From an uncultured Acidobacteriota bacterium (lineage in GTDB: Bacteria > Acidobacteriota > UBA6911): a stretch of DNA of 64,000 nt. A program made the position numbers and the translations under genes. The number at the start of each line of letters is the position of its first letter. The first letter of the stretch is position 1. The stretch lies in the NCBI GenBank assembly GCA_963809485.1, contig CAWEJX010000001.1:224001-288000 (forward strand), given 5' to 3'. Below the pieces are notes generated by a model. It saw only the letters and a list, made by a program, of their open reading frames with translations, was not told the origin of the DNA and ran no database searches. This document shows positions 38,993 through 51,293 of the stretch, piece by piece.

Positions 38993-39805
38993 TCAAATCT
39001 GGTTTTTGTTTTCCGATACGGCCTTCAAGACGTTCAGCATTTGCCCGTGAATGCGCCCGTTCGAGGCAACGAACTCACGGCCGTAAATTGAAGCGGGCCG
39101 GCCGCGAAAATCGGTTACAACTCCGCCGGCCTCGCGGACGATGATGTATCCGGCCGCACAGTCCCATGGATTTAGCTTGAGCTCCCAGAAGCCATCCAGG
39201 CATCCCGAGGCGACGTGGCAAAAGTCGAGCGCCGCCGAACCGCCGCGGCGCACGCCCTGAACACGCGCGGCAAATGCGCAGAAATTATCGAGATTGTTCT
39301 GTTTGCTGGTCTGGATATCATAAGGGAATCCGGTTGCCAGAAGGCTGGCAACGAGGGACTCGGCCCTCGAAACATGGATCGGAACCCCATTGCAGGATGC
39401 ACCGGAGCCCCGGCGCGCTGTATACACCTCATCGCGGACCGGATCGACCACGGCTCCCCACATTAGCTCGCCGGCAATCTCCAGCCCGATGGAAACGGAA
39501 AAAACAGGATACCCGTGGGCATAATTAGTTGTGCCGTCAAGCGGATCAATGATCCAGCGTATTTCCCCCTCCTCAGGGTCTTTGTGATTTTCCTCAGCGA
39601 GAATCGAGTGATCCGGGAAAGAGTGCCTGATCCGGGAGACGATCAGATTTTCAGCGGCGATATCAACATCCGTGACAAGGTTGACTATACCCTTGTTCCG
39701 GATGGAAAAGCCTGTTTGAAATTTCTCAAGCAGCAATCGTCCCGCGTCGCGCGCCGCCTCTGCGCCCAACTCCGCAAAATTATCCAAATCCGCCATTTCA
39801 ATCAT
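38993..39805 (-). CDS. suhB: Inositol monophosphatase family protein
   Basis: ILAEE, WIIDPLDGTTNYAHG, GSAALD, WDCAAG...EAGG. Confidence 0.9.
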   Translation of the reverse strand: MIEMADLDNFAELGAEAARDAGRLLLEKFQTGFSIRNKGIVNLVTDVDIAAENLIVSRIRHSFPDHSILAEENHKDPEEGEIRWIIDPLDGTTNYAHGYPVFSVSIGLEIAGELMWGAVVDPVRDEVYTARRGSGASCNGVPIHVSRAESLVASLLATGFPYDIQTSKQNNLDNFCAFAARVQGVRRGGSAALDFCHVASGCLDGFWELKLNPWDCAAGYIIVREAGGVVTDFRGRPASIYGREFVASNGRIHGQMLNVLKAVSENKNQI

Positions 39806-39839
39806 CCGTTCAGGGTCCCAATTTCCAATCTCGCATTAA

Positions 39840-40499
39840 CTATTCACCCGTCAGCCGCACGACCTCAATCCCCTTAGGCATTTTGAACTGGAATTTCCCG
39901 TCCTCTATCTTTACGTTGGTTGTCATGTCTGTGAGAAGAAACTCCGAGGTATTGCCGGTCTTTTCTCTTATCACGATGCGCCGGATATCGCGGGTCTCGC
40001 GGTCCAGTTCAAGCACCAGGAAGGAATAGGCCGATCCGCTGCTGCGCGGCTCCAGGCGAATCAGGAAAGCTTTTTCTGTTTTGGGCAGGATGTCCGCTTC
40101 CCAGGAGGCCGTGAAGCTTTTTTGGATGTTGCCGGCTCCCAGCAGCAACTCCAATGGTGTGCCATGCAGGTCGGACGGATTGAAATCCTGAACCGTGACT
40201 TGACGGTCGAACGGCACGTAAAGAAAGGACTCCTTTTGATTGGCGATGAAAAGTTTTTCTTCGGGATGGCGATACTCCCAGCGCATCAGCCCGGGCCTCT
40301 TCAACCAGAAGACGCCCGATTCGGACTGGTCAATGCCCGGGGCCCGATAGGTCTGCTGGAAGCTCCCTGTCACGGTCTTGACAGAGGCATATCGCTGCTC
40401 GAGCCGAGCCATAACGGCCGATACATCCTGGGCATAGGCCCCCGGAATGCCCGGCAGGCATAGAAAGGTCGCGAGAATCCACCCGGCTACCAAACGCAT
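39840..40499 (-). CDS. lolA: Outer-membrane lipoprotein carrier LolA
   Basis: Signal peptide; FQQ...ESG.FWLKRPGLMRWEY..P; FQFKMPKG. Confidence 0.85.
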   Translation of the reverse strand: MRLVAGWILATFLCLPGIPGAYAQDVSAVMARLEQRYASVKTVTGSFQQTYRAPGIDQSESGVFWLKRPGLMRWEYRHPEEKLFIANQKESFLYVPFDRQVTVQDFNPSDLHGTPLELLLGAGNIQKSFTASWEADILPKTEKAFLIRLEPRSSGSAYSFLVLELDRETRDIRRIVIREKTGNTSEFLLTDMTTNVKIEDGKFQFKMPKGIEVVRLTGE

Positions 40500-40587
40500 T
40501 GGAATTGACCGCCTTTGGCGCCTGGAGACAGGCGGACGGCCTTCCGGCCGGCTCTCTCAACAGCGCTCCGAATATGTTTACTGTTCA

Positions 40588-41100
40588 TCATGGCTGCTCG
40601 TCCGCAGGAGACTGTCCCGCAGCTTCTTCGACAGCCGGATTCTTCACCGTATCCAGCAGCAGGAGTGCGACCCCGACGGTGATGGCGGAATCCGCGACAT
40701 TGAAATTAGGCCAATAAAAAGCTTCGTGGATATGAAACTCTATAAAATCGACAACATATCCGCGAAGGAAACGGTCAGCGAAATTTCCCAGAATCCCGCC
40801 CAGGGTTATTGCCAGGGCGCCATGAAGCAGCTTGCGGCTCGGAGGCGTTCGGGAACTGTAAATCAGCAGGATCACGACCGCGGCGATCGCCAGGGCTGCC
40901 AAAATATACGGCTTCCATTCAGATTCGACCTTGTCGAAAAATCCGAATGCGACACCGGTATTCTGCGCATAGGAGAGCCTCAGATATCCCGGAATGATCT
41001 CGATCGGGCCGGAGGCATGCAGTTCTTCAAATGCAAGCCATTTGGTGGCGTGATCGAGCAAAAATATCAGCAGGGTTATAAAAAAGTACCTGTTTTTCAT
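40588..41100 (-). CDS. lspA: Lipoprotein signal peptidase II
   Basis: DHATK, NTGVAFG, GGILGNFADR..GYVVDF, FNVADSAI. Confidence 0.93.
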   Translation of the reverse strand: MKNRYFFITLLIFLLDHATKWLAFEELHASGPIEIIPGYLRLSYAQNTGVAFGFFDKVESEWKPYILAALAIAAVVILLIYSSRTPPSRKLLHGALAITLGGILGNFADRFLRGYVVDFIEFHIHEAFYWPNFNVADSAITVGVALLLLDTVKNPAVEEAAGQSPADEQP

Positions 41101-41355
41101 GGGCAATTGACGGCAGATTTTCCACTCAGACAATTACTGCAGCCGCAATCCTGTTCAAAGAGCCGCTTAGGACATTCTGGGCCTCAACTGTCACAGCCGA
41201 ATTATCCCCCGGAAAACAGATAACTATATCACAATGTGTTATTCCGAATGCCGGATTCGGGCCTCAGGGATCAGGCTGACAATAATGGGTGATCGGGATC
41301 GCCGTATCCTGTATTATCCTGTATCCGTAATCTACCATCCAAGGAGGGCTTGTCC

Positions 41356-43386
41356 ATGCAAACAGCCGGAAAACCCAAATTCCAGCCTTACGTGCCAGCG
41401 GACAACCAGATGAGCGAGTTCACGCTCAGGGCAATTATTCTTGGTCTCATTATGACGGGCATCCTGGGCGCCGCCAACGCCTATCTCGGGCTGAAAGCAG
41501 GTATGACCATAGCGGCGACCTATCCGGCGGCGGTTATCAGCATGGCTATTCTCAGAATGATGAAAGGCTCCCTTCTGGAAGAGAACATGGCGCGAACCAT
41601 CGGCTCGATCGGGGAGTCCGTTGCCGCCGGCGCCGTCTTCACGATCCCGGCATTTGTGCTGGCTGGGCTCTGGCCCGCAATGGGCATGGAGAAATACTGG
41701 GAATCGGTCGCCCTGATGGTCATCGGCGGACTGCTTGGCATACTCTTCGTGACCCTGCTGCGCCGAGTCATGGTTGAAGATCAGGAACTCCCGTTCCCGG
41801 AATCGGTTGCAGCGGCCGAAATTCATAAGGCGGGACAGCAGGGCTCCAAAGCCGCAAAGATTCTTTTTGCCAATATGGGATTCGGTGCCCTCGTCAACGC
41901 GCTGGGGCAGCTAAACATATTTGAACCGGTCAGGACGTTTACGGTTAACATCGGGGCCCTGGGCAAAAGCCTGTTGTTGCGCACCAGCACCAATCCCAAT
42001 GTCGCTTCGATCACAACGGGAGGATCGAGCATTTTCAACTCGCCCGCCATCAGCCCCGCTTACCTCGGCGTCGGCTACATCATCGGCCCGAATCTTGCGG
42101 CGCTGAATTTCTCCGGCGGCATTCTTGCGTGGGGCCTGCTGGTTCCATTGCTAACCTACCTGTTGGGTCCGCAACTGCAGCTGAACGCACAGGGAGACAG
42201 TGTTGGCTGGGGCACCCTTGCAGGCGCGGTTTATTTCTCTATCGTCCGGCCCATCGCCGTCGGCGGCATGCTGGTAGGAGCCGGGTACACTCTGTTCCGC
42301 ATGCGCAAACAACTGGGGATCGGGATGGCGCGCGCGGTGAGCGATCTTAGAAAATCCGCTGAGACCAAAACTGCCGTAAACAGAACCGAGCGCGATTTGA
42401 ACACAAAGGTGGTCTTTCTGAGCATCGCCCTGGTGTTCATCGCAATGATAGGGATCTATCACTATTTCATCGCAGGCGCCGGCGCCCTGACGGGCTCGAA
42501 AATCCTCCTGGGCGCCGTCGTAGCGGCGCTGGTAATGGTGGTCCTTGGATTCTTTTTCGCCGCAGTGTCAGGCAACCTGGTCGGTATGATCGGGTCGTCC
42601 AATAATCCCGTATCCGGTCTCACCCTTTGCACGCTGGTAGTCTCGGCTTTGCTGCTGGTGGCGCTGGGAGTCTCGGGAGCCAGCGGCGTCGCGGCCGTGC
42701 TCGGCGTGGCGGCCGTCATATGCGTTTCTTCCGCGGTCGCGGGAGAAATGCTCCAGGACCTGAAGGTGGGCCATATCCTTGGAGGAACCCCCTCCAAAAT
42801 GCAGATTGGAGATATTTTCGGAATTATTGTCGCTTCGCTTATTCTGTTTTTCCCTCTGATGGTGCTTGACAACGCTTATCACTTTGGCAGCGCACAGTTA
42901 TCGGCGCCTCAGGCCGGCCTGATGGCAATGCTCGCGCAGGGAATCGTGGGCGGCAACATGGCGTGGCCGCTGGTGGTGGTTGGGATTCTGCTCGGCTTCG
43001 CCATGATTCTCGTCAAAGTGCGCAGCCCCATGCTGTTTTCCGTCGGGATGTATCTGCCGCTGGACACAACCTTCGCAATCTTTCTCGGCGGAATTATCCG
43101 CTGGATCACCGATACCATGCGCGACCGCCGCGGACTGAATGAGGCCCAGAAGGCCCGAGTCGATAATGCCGGGGTATTGACGGCCTCCGGTCTGATCGCC
43201 GGTGAAGCTCTTTGCGGACTTGTGATCGCGGGCATCTGGCAGGGAAGGACGCCCCGGATTTTCGATTCGCCTCACTGGATAGGGATGATCATTGCGTTTA
43301 TCGTCCTCATGCTGGTAATGATCCGCGTGCCGCTGGCAAACGCGGGCCGCCCGGATGAGCCGGCTCCTCCAACCGCAATTATGTAA
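41356..43386 (+). CDS. OPT-family oligopeptide transporter
   Basis: EFTLRA, AANAYLGLKAG, LPFPESVAAAE, GSSNNPVSG, LQDLKVGH, APQA, GMYLP, ASGLIAGE. Confidence 0.92.
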   Translation: MQTAGKPKFQPYVPADNQMSEFTLRAIILGLIMTGILGAANAYLGLKAGMTIAATYPAAVISMAILRMMKGSLLEENMARTIGSIGESVAAGAVFTIPAFVLAGLWPAMGMEKYWESVALMVIGGLLGILFVTLLRRVMVEDQELPFPESVAAAEIHKAGQQGSKAAKILFANMGFGALVNALGQLNIFEPVRTFTVNIGALGKSLLLRTSTNPNVASITTGGSSIFNSPAISPAYLGVGYIIGPNLAALNFSGGILAWGLLVPLLTYLLGPQLQLNAQGDSVGWGTLAGAVYFSIVRPIAVGGMLVGAGYTLFRMRKQLGIGMARAVSDLRKSAETKTAVNRTERDLNTKVVFLSIALVFIAMIGIYHYFIAGAGALTGSKILLGAVVAALVMVVLGFFFAAVSGNLVGMIGSSNNPVSGLTLCTLVVSALLLVALGVSGASGVAAVLGVAAVICVSSAVAGEMLQDLKVGHILGGTPSKMQIGDIFGIIVASLILFFPLMVLDNAYHFGSAQLSAPQAGLMAMLAQGIVGGNMAWPLVVVGILLGFAMILVKVRSPMLFSVGMYLPLDTTFAIFLGGIIRWITDTMRDRRGLNEAQKARVDNAGVLTASGLIAGEALCGLVIAGIWQGRTPRIFDSPHWIGMIIAFIVLMLVMIRVPLANAGRPDEPAPPTAIM

Positions 43387-43580
43387 TTCAAAAGCCTCCG
43401 GCAGAGCCTGGAGGCTTGATTGAACGCCGTTCAAAGCAGTTGGATATGCCTCGCCGCATTTAACTACTGCCATACGCTATCGATAGCTGACGGATCTCGC
43501 ACGCTGACCTCTGTCTCGGGTAACATCATTTTTTATGCGTCTCTCGGCGCCAATTGATCTCGGGACTTCCTAACCTCCAA
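43387..43580 (-). mobile_element. Degenerate copy C of the IS200/IS605-end element; right-end hairpin may terminate OPT transcription
   Basis: TTCAAAAGCCTCCGGCAGAGCCTGGAGGCTTGATTG...TCAAAGC and the interior align with 62578-62760. Left hairpin not recognisable. Confidence 0.55.
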
Positions 43581-43655
43581 CCAAAAGAACTCAATCCCGC
43601 CTGAGCCATCGCAGTGGAACAGTTCTGAGAAATGCGGCCCAACCATTATCAAATA

Positions 43656-43685
43656 TTTGACAATGATACACTCAGATCTTATATA
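43656..43685 (+). promoter_or_regulatory. Sigma70 promoter of hsp20-clpB with an overlapping HAIR-like operator
   Basis: TTGACA(43657)-17 nt-TATATA(43680). TTTGACA-N7-ACTCAGA resembles the HspR HAIR site CTTGAGT-N7-ACTCAAG. Confidence 0.5.
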
Positions 43686-43724
43686 GCAAGCGTACTAAAT
43701 AAATAAAAAGGGAGGTGGAAAAAA

Positions 43725-44165
43725 ATGTTTTTGATTCCTTATGTCAGAAGGTCAGAAGTTCCGGCTGTCAGCCGGTTGTTTGATGAGTTTTTTAACGATT
43801 TCCCATTCACCAGCTCTCTGGCAGATGGTAGGGAAAACTGGATCCCATCCGTCGATATTCTTGAAAAAGAAGGAAATATCGTACTCAGGGCGGAGCTTCC
43901 GGGAATGAACGAAAAGGAAATAGAGCTGAAGGTTGAGGGAGATATGCTGATCCTGAAGGGCGAGAGAAAGATGGAAAGTGAAGATAACAAGAGCACTTAC
44001 CATCGAATCGAGAGATCCTACGGATCCTTCACCCGTTCTTTCAGGCTCCCGGACACGGTGGATTCTGAAAAAATCAACGCGGACTATAAAAACGGGGTAC
44101 TAACGATAACCATTTCGAAAAAGCCGGAGGTTAAACCACGCGAAATCCCGGTCAAGGTTCAGTAA
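43725..44165 (+). CDS. Hsp20/alpha-crystallin small heat-shock protein
   Basis: PSVDI, AELPG, LKGER, ERSYGSFTRSFRLP, ADYKNGVLTI. SD GGAGG. Confidence 0.95.
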   Translation: MFLIPYVRRSEVPAVSRLFDEFFNDFPFTSSLADGRENWIPSVDILEKEGNIVLRAELPGMNEKEIELKVEGDMLILKGERKMESEDNKSTYHRIERSYGSFTRSFRLPDTVDSEKINADYKNGVLTITISKKPEVKPREIPVKVQ

Positions 44166-44301
44166 ATAGGTTCCCAAAGCTGGCCACGGATTATTCGAAT
44201 TGACACAAAAATGGAAAGGCGTCCTGTCAATATCGCGGAATTCGTGGCCGCTTTTGCAGTAGTTCCCAATTTCAGCGCAGCGGAAATTCGAGGATTAGGA
44301 C

Positions 44302-46896
<2,595 letters not shown>

Positions 46897-47015
46897 CGAA
46901 AGACCATTTACGGTTTGATAATCCGCGCGAGCATGACGGGAGGCCATGGGAAGGGGCTCAATCGCCTTTGGCGCATCCTGTGCTATGATTTGGTTTTGAA
47001 CCGAGGGTGATATTT

Positions 47016-47861
47016 ATGGCAAACAACTTTAAGACGGTTTTGCTGCTGGGACTGTTGACCGGCATCATCCTGTTTATCGGAAGCTTCTGGGGCCGCCAGG
47101 GTCTCACCATCGCCCTAATGATGTCGATCGCGATGAATTTCGCGAGCTACTTTTTTTCCGACAAAATCGCCCTGCGCATGTACCGGGCAGAGCCGGTGAC
47201 CCGGGAACAGGCCCCGCAGATCCACCGGATCGTCGACTTTCTGTGCTCACGCGCAGGAATTCCGACCCCTAAAGTGTATTTGATCCCTGACGATTCGCCC
47301 AACGCGTTTGCTACCGGGCGTGATCCCCAGCACGCGTCCGTTGCCGTCACGCAGGGAGCGCTGCGCCTGTTAAGCGAGGATGAACTCACCGGCGTTCTGG
47401 CCCACGAGATTTCGCATGTGAAGAATCGCGATATTCTCATCAGCAGCGTTGCGGCGACCCTGGCCGGAATGATCATGTGGATCGCCAATATGGCCCGTTT
47501 CGCGGCGTTCTTTGGAGGCGGACGGGACCGGGATGACGAAGGCGGTGGAGCCCTGGGCGGCCTGGTAACGATCATCGTGGCTCCTATTGCAGCCATGCTG
47601 ATACAGATGTGGATCTCCCGAACACGGGAATACCAGGCCGATGCAAGCGGAGCCGAAATTGCAGGCAGTCCTCACGGGCTGGCTTCCGCACTGCAAAAGC
47701 TGGAAAGCTATTCCAAGCGGATTCCGATGCAGGCGTCTCCGAACACCGCCCACATGCTGATCATGCATCCATTTTCCGGCCGCGCATTGATGAATCTTTT
47801 CAGCACCCACCCGTCGACCCAGAAGCGTATCGAGCGTCTATTGGAAAGGCGGCCTTCTTGA
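47016..47861 (+). CDS. htpX: Zinc metalloprotease HtpX
   Basis: PNAFATGR, AHEISH, SRTREYQAD, LFSTHP. Confidence 0.93.
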   Translation: MANNFKTVLLLGLLTGIILFIGSFWGRQGLTIALMMSIAMNFASYFFSDKIALRMYRAEPVTREQAPQIHRIVDFLCSRAGIPTPKVYLIPDDSPNAFATGRDPQHASVAVTQGALRLLSEDELTGVLAHEISHVKNRDILISSVAATLAGMIMWIANMARFAAFFGGGRDRDDEGGGALGGLVTIIVAPIAAMLIQMWISRTREYQADASGAEIAGSPHGLASALQKLESYSKRIPMQASPNTAHMLIMHPFSGRALMNLFSTHPSTQKRIERLLERRPS

Positions 47862-47925
47862 TTCGGGATTCAGGATTAGAGATACCGCATTCCTGGTGCC
47901 AATTTAAAGCTCTGAATCCTGAATA
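47859..47925. repeat. Short inverted heptamer-array element starting at the htpX stop codon
   Basis: T GATTCGG GATTCAG GATTAGA GAT ... CTGAATC CTGAAT. Confidence 0.5.
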
Positions 47926-47951
47926 GCCAAATTTTTGTCTACGGTAAAGCG

Positions 47952-48527
47952 ATGGAAAACTCTGACTCTCCGGGCTTTCAAGTGATTGATAAAAGACAAT
48001 TTGCAGACCTCGACAAAATCGACATGAGTGCCATACCCGAGGAAAAACCGCGCTATCCCAGCTATGTGGAGGAATTGATGGCCCGTATGGCTGAAACCGA
48101 GCGGAAATTTCAGGAAAAGAAAAAGCAGATCGACGAGGAGATATCTCGCACCAAAGCCCGTCTGGAATCGGATTTTGATCGCAAACTCGAGCTGGAAAAA
48201 AAGAAGATCGTTCTGCCGTTTCTTGAAGTCCTCGACAATCTTCAGCGGGCAATCGATGCGGCCTCACAGGCAGGAACCGTCGAGCATTTGCTGGAAGGGG
48301 TCCAGATGACCGCGAACCTGTTCCGGTCCAAGCTTCAGTCCATAGGGGTGGAGGCCATAAACGCTCTGGATAAGCCTTTTGATCCCAACTGGGAACAGGC
48401 CGTCGGCGCAGTTGATGTTGCGGACGGGGACCTCGATGGCGTTGTTGTGGAAGAAGTCCAACCCGGATACTGCATGAACGGCCAGCTGCTGCGGCCCGCC
48501 ATCGTGCGTGTAGGCCATCTCAAATGA
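47952..48527 (+). CDS. grpE: Nucleotide exchange factor GrpE
   Basis: LEVLDNLQRA, PFDPNWEQAV, QPGY...LLRPAIVRVG. Confidence 0.85.
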   Translation: MENSDSPGFQVIDKRQFADLDKIDMSAIPEEKPRYPSYVEELMARMAETERKFQEKKKQIDEEISRTKARLESDFDRKLELEKKKIVLPFLEVLDNLQRAIDAASQAGTVEHLLEGVQMTANLFRSKLQSIGVEAINALDKPFDPNWEQAVGAVDVADGDLDGVVVEEVQPGYCMNGQLLRPAIVRVGHLK

Positions 48528-48660
48528 CGAATTACGATTGACGATTTGAATTATATCGTGCCGGGATTGCATTGGGCATTTCAGGAACAACCTGCACCTG
48601 AAGATTTGCCGCCACATATGTTTCCAATCGTCAATTGTCCATCGTAAATCGTAAATCCGT
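48522..48660. repeat. Inverted heptamer-array element overlapping the grpE stop codon
   Basis: AAATGAC GAATTAC GATTGAC GATTTGA ... CAATCGT CAATTGT CCATCGT AAATCGT AAATC. Confidence 0.65.
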
Positions 48661-48744
48661 TTCAGTAGCCAATATCATTCCTGATTGAGTTCAAATCCGC
48701 TATCGTAGTATATTGACCCACAGTCAGGAAGGGCTGCCACTCTC

Positions 48745-50010
48745 ATGTCGATTACGATATTGACAACAAACATGCACGTCCCAGGTCTTCAGGACATCGG
48801 CACGGCCGAATCCCTGGGCACCTACAGGGCTTTAGGCAAGGCTTTGCGGGAACACCAGCCTGCCGATATCATCGAGATCGTCAAAAAGTCAGGTTTGCGC
48901 GGCCGCGGTGGAGCCGGTTTCCCAACGGGAATGAAGTGGGGATTCGTGCCCAAAAACATCGGCAAACCGATTTATCTTTGCGTCAACGCCGACGAAAGCG
49001 AACCGGGGACCTTTAAGGACCGCTTGATTATCGAGAAGGACCCGCACCAGCTCCTTGAAGGAACGATCATATCGGCCTATGCATTGGACTGTCACCAGGC
49101 CTTCATATACATTCGCGGCGAGTTCAGCTACGGCGCGGGCGTATTGGACAAGGCGGTACGTCAAGCCTACGAAAGAGGATTACTGGGCAAAAAGATTCTG
49201 GGTTCCGGGTTTGACCTGGACCTGACAGTTCACAGGGGAGCCGGGGCGTATATCTGCGGGGAGGAAACGGCTTTGCTGGAATCGCTGGAAGGCAAGCGCG
49301 GGCATCCCCGGCTCAAACCCCCATTCCCGGCCGTTGTCGGGCTATACGGTTCTCCGACTGTCATCAACAATGTCGAAACCATAGCAAACGTTCCTCACAT
49401 CATCAATAAGGGCCCCGAGTGGTATGCCTCTATCGGTGTGGACAAAAATGCCGGGACCCGTCTTTTCGGTGTCAGCGGTCATGTGAAAAACCGAGGCATT
49501 TATGAGCTTCCCATGGGCACTCCTCTGAGCGAGCTGATCTTTGATCATTGCGGCGGGATGCGAAACGGGCGAAAACTCAAGGCAATCGTTCCCGGCGGCT
49601 CCTCAGTCCCGGTTTTGACGGCGGATCAGATCGACGTGCGACTCGACTTCGACTCCATCGCGAAGGCAGGAAGCATGCTGGGATCAGCCGGCGTTATTGT
49701 CATGGACGATTCCACCTGCATGGTGAAAGCGGCCCGCAGAATAGCCAGGTTCTATGCGGAGGAATCCTGCGGCCAATGCACCCAGTGCCGGGAAGGCACG
49801 GAGTGGCTGTACCAGATACTCACCAGGATTGAAAACGGCCGGGGCAGGCGTGGCGAACTGGAACTAATGCTGGACATCTGCGCTGCAATGAAGGGGAAAA
49901 CCATCTGCCCGCTCTCGGACGCTGCCGCCATGCCCATAGAGAGCTATATTTCGAAATTCCACGACGAGTTTGCGGCGCATATTCAGGAGCAACGCTGCGT
50001 CGTGGCTTGA
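48745..50010 (+). CDS. nuoF: NADH-quinone oxidoreductase subunit F
   Basis: SGLRGRGGAGFPTGMKW, NADESEPGTFKDR, GAGAYICGEETAL, ESCGQCTQCREG...ICPLSD. Confidence 0.93.
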   Translation: MSITILTTNMHVPGLQDIGTAESLGTYRALGKALREHQPADIIEIVKKSGLRGRGGAGFPTGMKWGFVPKNIGKPIYLCVNADESEPGTFKDRLIIEKDPHQLLEGTIISAYALDCHQAFIYIRGEFSYGAGVLDKAVRQAYERGLLGKKILGSGFDLDLTVHRGAGAYICGEETALLESLEGKRGHPRLKPPFPAVVGLYGSPTVINNVETIANVPHIINKGPEWYASIGVDKNAGTRLFGVSGHVKNRGIYELPMGTPLSELIFDHCGGMRNGRKLKAIVPGGSSVPVLTADQIDVRLDFDSIAKAGSMLGSAGVIVMDDSTCMVKAARRIARFYAEESCGQCTQCREGTEWLYQILTRIENGRGRRGELELMLDICAAMKGKTICPLSDAAAMPIESYISKFHDEFAAHIQEQRCVVA

Positions 50011-50023
50011 CCGGAAGAAGGCC

Positions 50024-50830
50024 ATGAAAGAACGTGCAGCGGTGGTCGCCGGACAGTTTTACCCTTCAGATCCTGACGATCTGCGCAGGGTCATCGCCTC
50101 ATTCTTCAAAAAACCCGAAACAGCCCTGGAAGCCATGGCCGTTGTTGTACCCCATGCTGGTTATGTGTATTCGGGTCCCGTGGCGGGCGGAGTCTTTTGC
50201 TCGATACGCCTGCCCAAACGCGTCATTCTACTGGGACCCAATCATACAGGCCGGGGAGCGGGACTGGCACTCTCTCCGTCCGGTTCGTGGCGCACTCCCC
50301 TGGGCGCAGTCTCCATCGACGCGGAAATGAACCGCGAGCTTCTCGCCGAATGCCCCGGGCTGCAGGAGGATTCGTCAGCCCACGCCAGGGAGCATTCGCT
50401 GGAAGTTCAGATCCCTTTCATCCAGGCGCTGCAGCCTGATTTCCGGTTTTGCGCGATCTGTGTCGGAACGGATGATTACGCCGCGCTGGAAGCGCTGGGA
50501 CATGGCATGGCTGGGGCCATAAAATCCCTGAAAGAATCCGTTCTGCTCGTCGCAAGCTCCGACATGACCCATTATGAAACGGCCGAGCACGCCGCCAGGC
50601 AGGACCGCTTCGCAATCGACCAAATTCTGAAACTGGATCCTCAGGGCCTCTATCAGACGGTGATGGACAGGGATATTACCATGTGCGGTTTCGCGCCGAC
50701 TGTTGCCGTTATCATCGCCTGTCTGGATCTGGGTGCCTCGGAAGGCCGATTGATCCGATACACCAATTCCGGGGAAGCCAGCGGCGACTACCGCAGTGTC
50801 GTCGGATACGCCGGCCTCACCATCACATAA
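50024..50830 (+). CDS. amrB: AmmeMemoRadiSam system protein B (MEMO1 family)
   Basis: VAGQFYP, PHAGYVYSG, GPNH, EHSLEVQIPF, SSDMTHY, TMCG, VVGYA. Confidence 0.92.
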   Translation: MKERAAVVAGQFYPSDPDDLRRVIASFFKKPETALEAMAVVVPHAGYVYSGPVAGGVFCSIRLPKRVILLGPNHTGRGAGLALSPSGSWRTPLGAVSIDAEMNRELLAECPGLQEDSSAHAREHSLEVQIPFIQALQPDFRFCAICVGTDDYAALEALGHGMAGAIKSLKESVLLVASSDMTHYETAEHAARQDRFAIDQILKLDPQGLYQTVMDRDITMCGFAPTVAVIIACLDLGASEGRLIRYTNSGEASGDYRSVVGYAGLTIT

Positions 50831-51293
50831 TTACGAATTGCGAATTACGAATTACGAATGAAAACAGAAGGAGCAGCAGTGCGTGAGGATATTGCCTTTT
50901 TGACAATCTGGTTACTGCTCAGAAGCCGTGCAAAAAGAATCCCAACACTGCTTGCTTTAATTCGTCATTCGTAATTCGTCATTCGTAATTCTGTTTCATG
51001 CGGTGGGCATGGCAGATTGCAACGGCAAGGGCATCAGCCGCGTCGTCGGATACGCCGGCCTCACCATCGCATAATTACGAATTGCGAATTACGAATTACG
51101 AATGAAAACAGAAGGCGCAGGAGTGCTTGAGGATATTGCCTTTTTGACAATCTGGTTACTGCTCAGAAGCCGTGCAAAAAGAATCCCAACACTGCTTGCT
51201 TTAATTCGTCATTCGTAATTCGTCATTCGTAATTATGTTTCATGCGGTGGGCATGGCAGATTGCAACGGCAAGGGCATCAGCTGCGTCGTCGG
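50798..51293. repeat. 244 bp tandem duplication; each unit contains an inverted heptamer-array element
   Basis: GTCGTCGG at 50798, 51042 and 51286. Units differ at 6 positions. Each has GAATTGC/GAATTAC arrays and complementary GTCATTC/GTAATTC arrays. Confidence 0.9.

Noticed and set aside
43440-43724. CIRCE (HrcA) operator upstream of hsp20
   Set aside because: No TTAGCACTC-N9-GAGTGCTAA match seen.
50798-51293. Repeats considered as a CRISPR array
   Set aside because: Two 244 bp units with 7-mer microrepeats, no repeat-spacer pattern and no cas genes.
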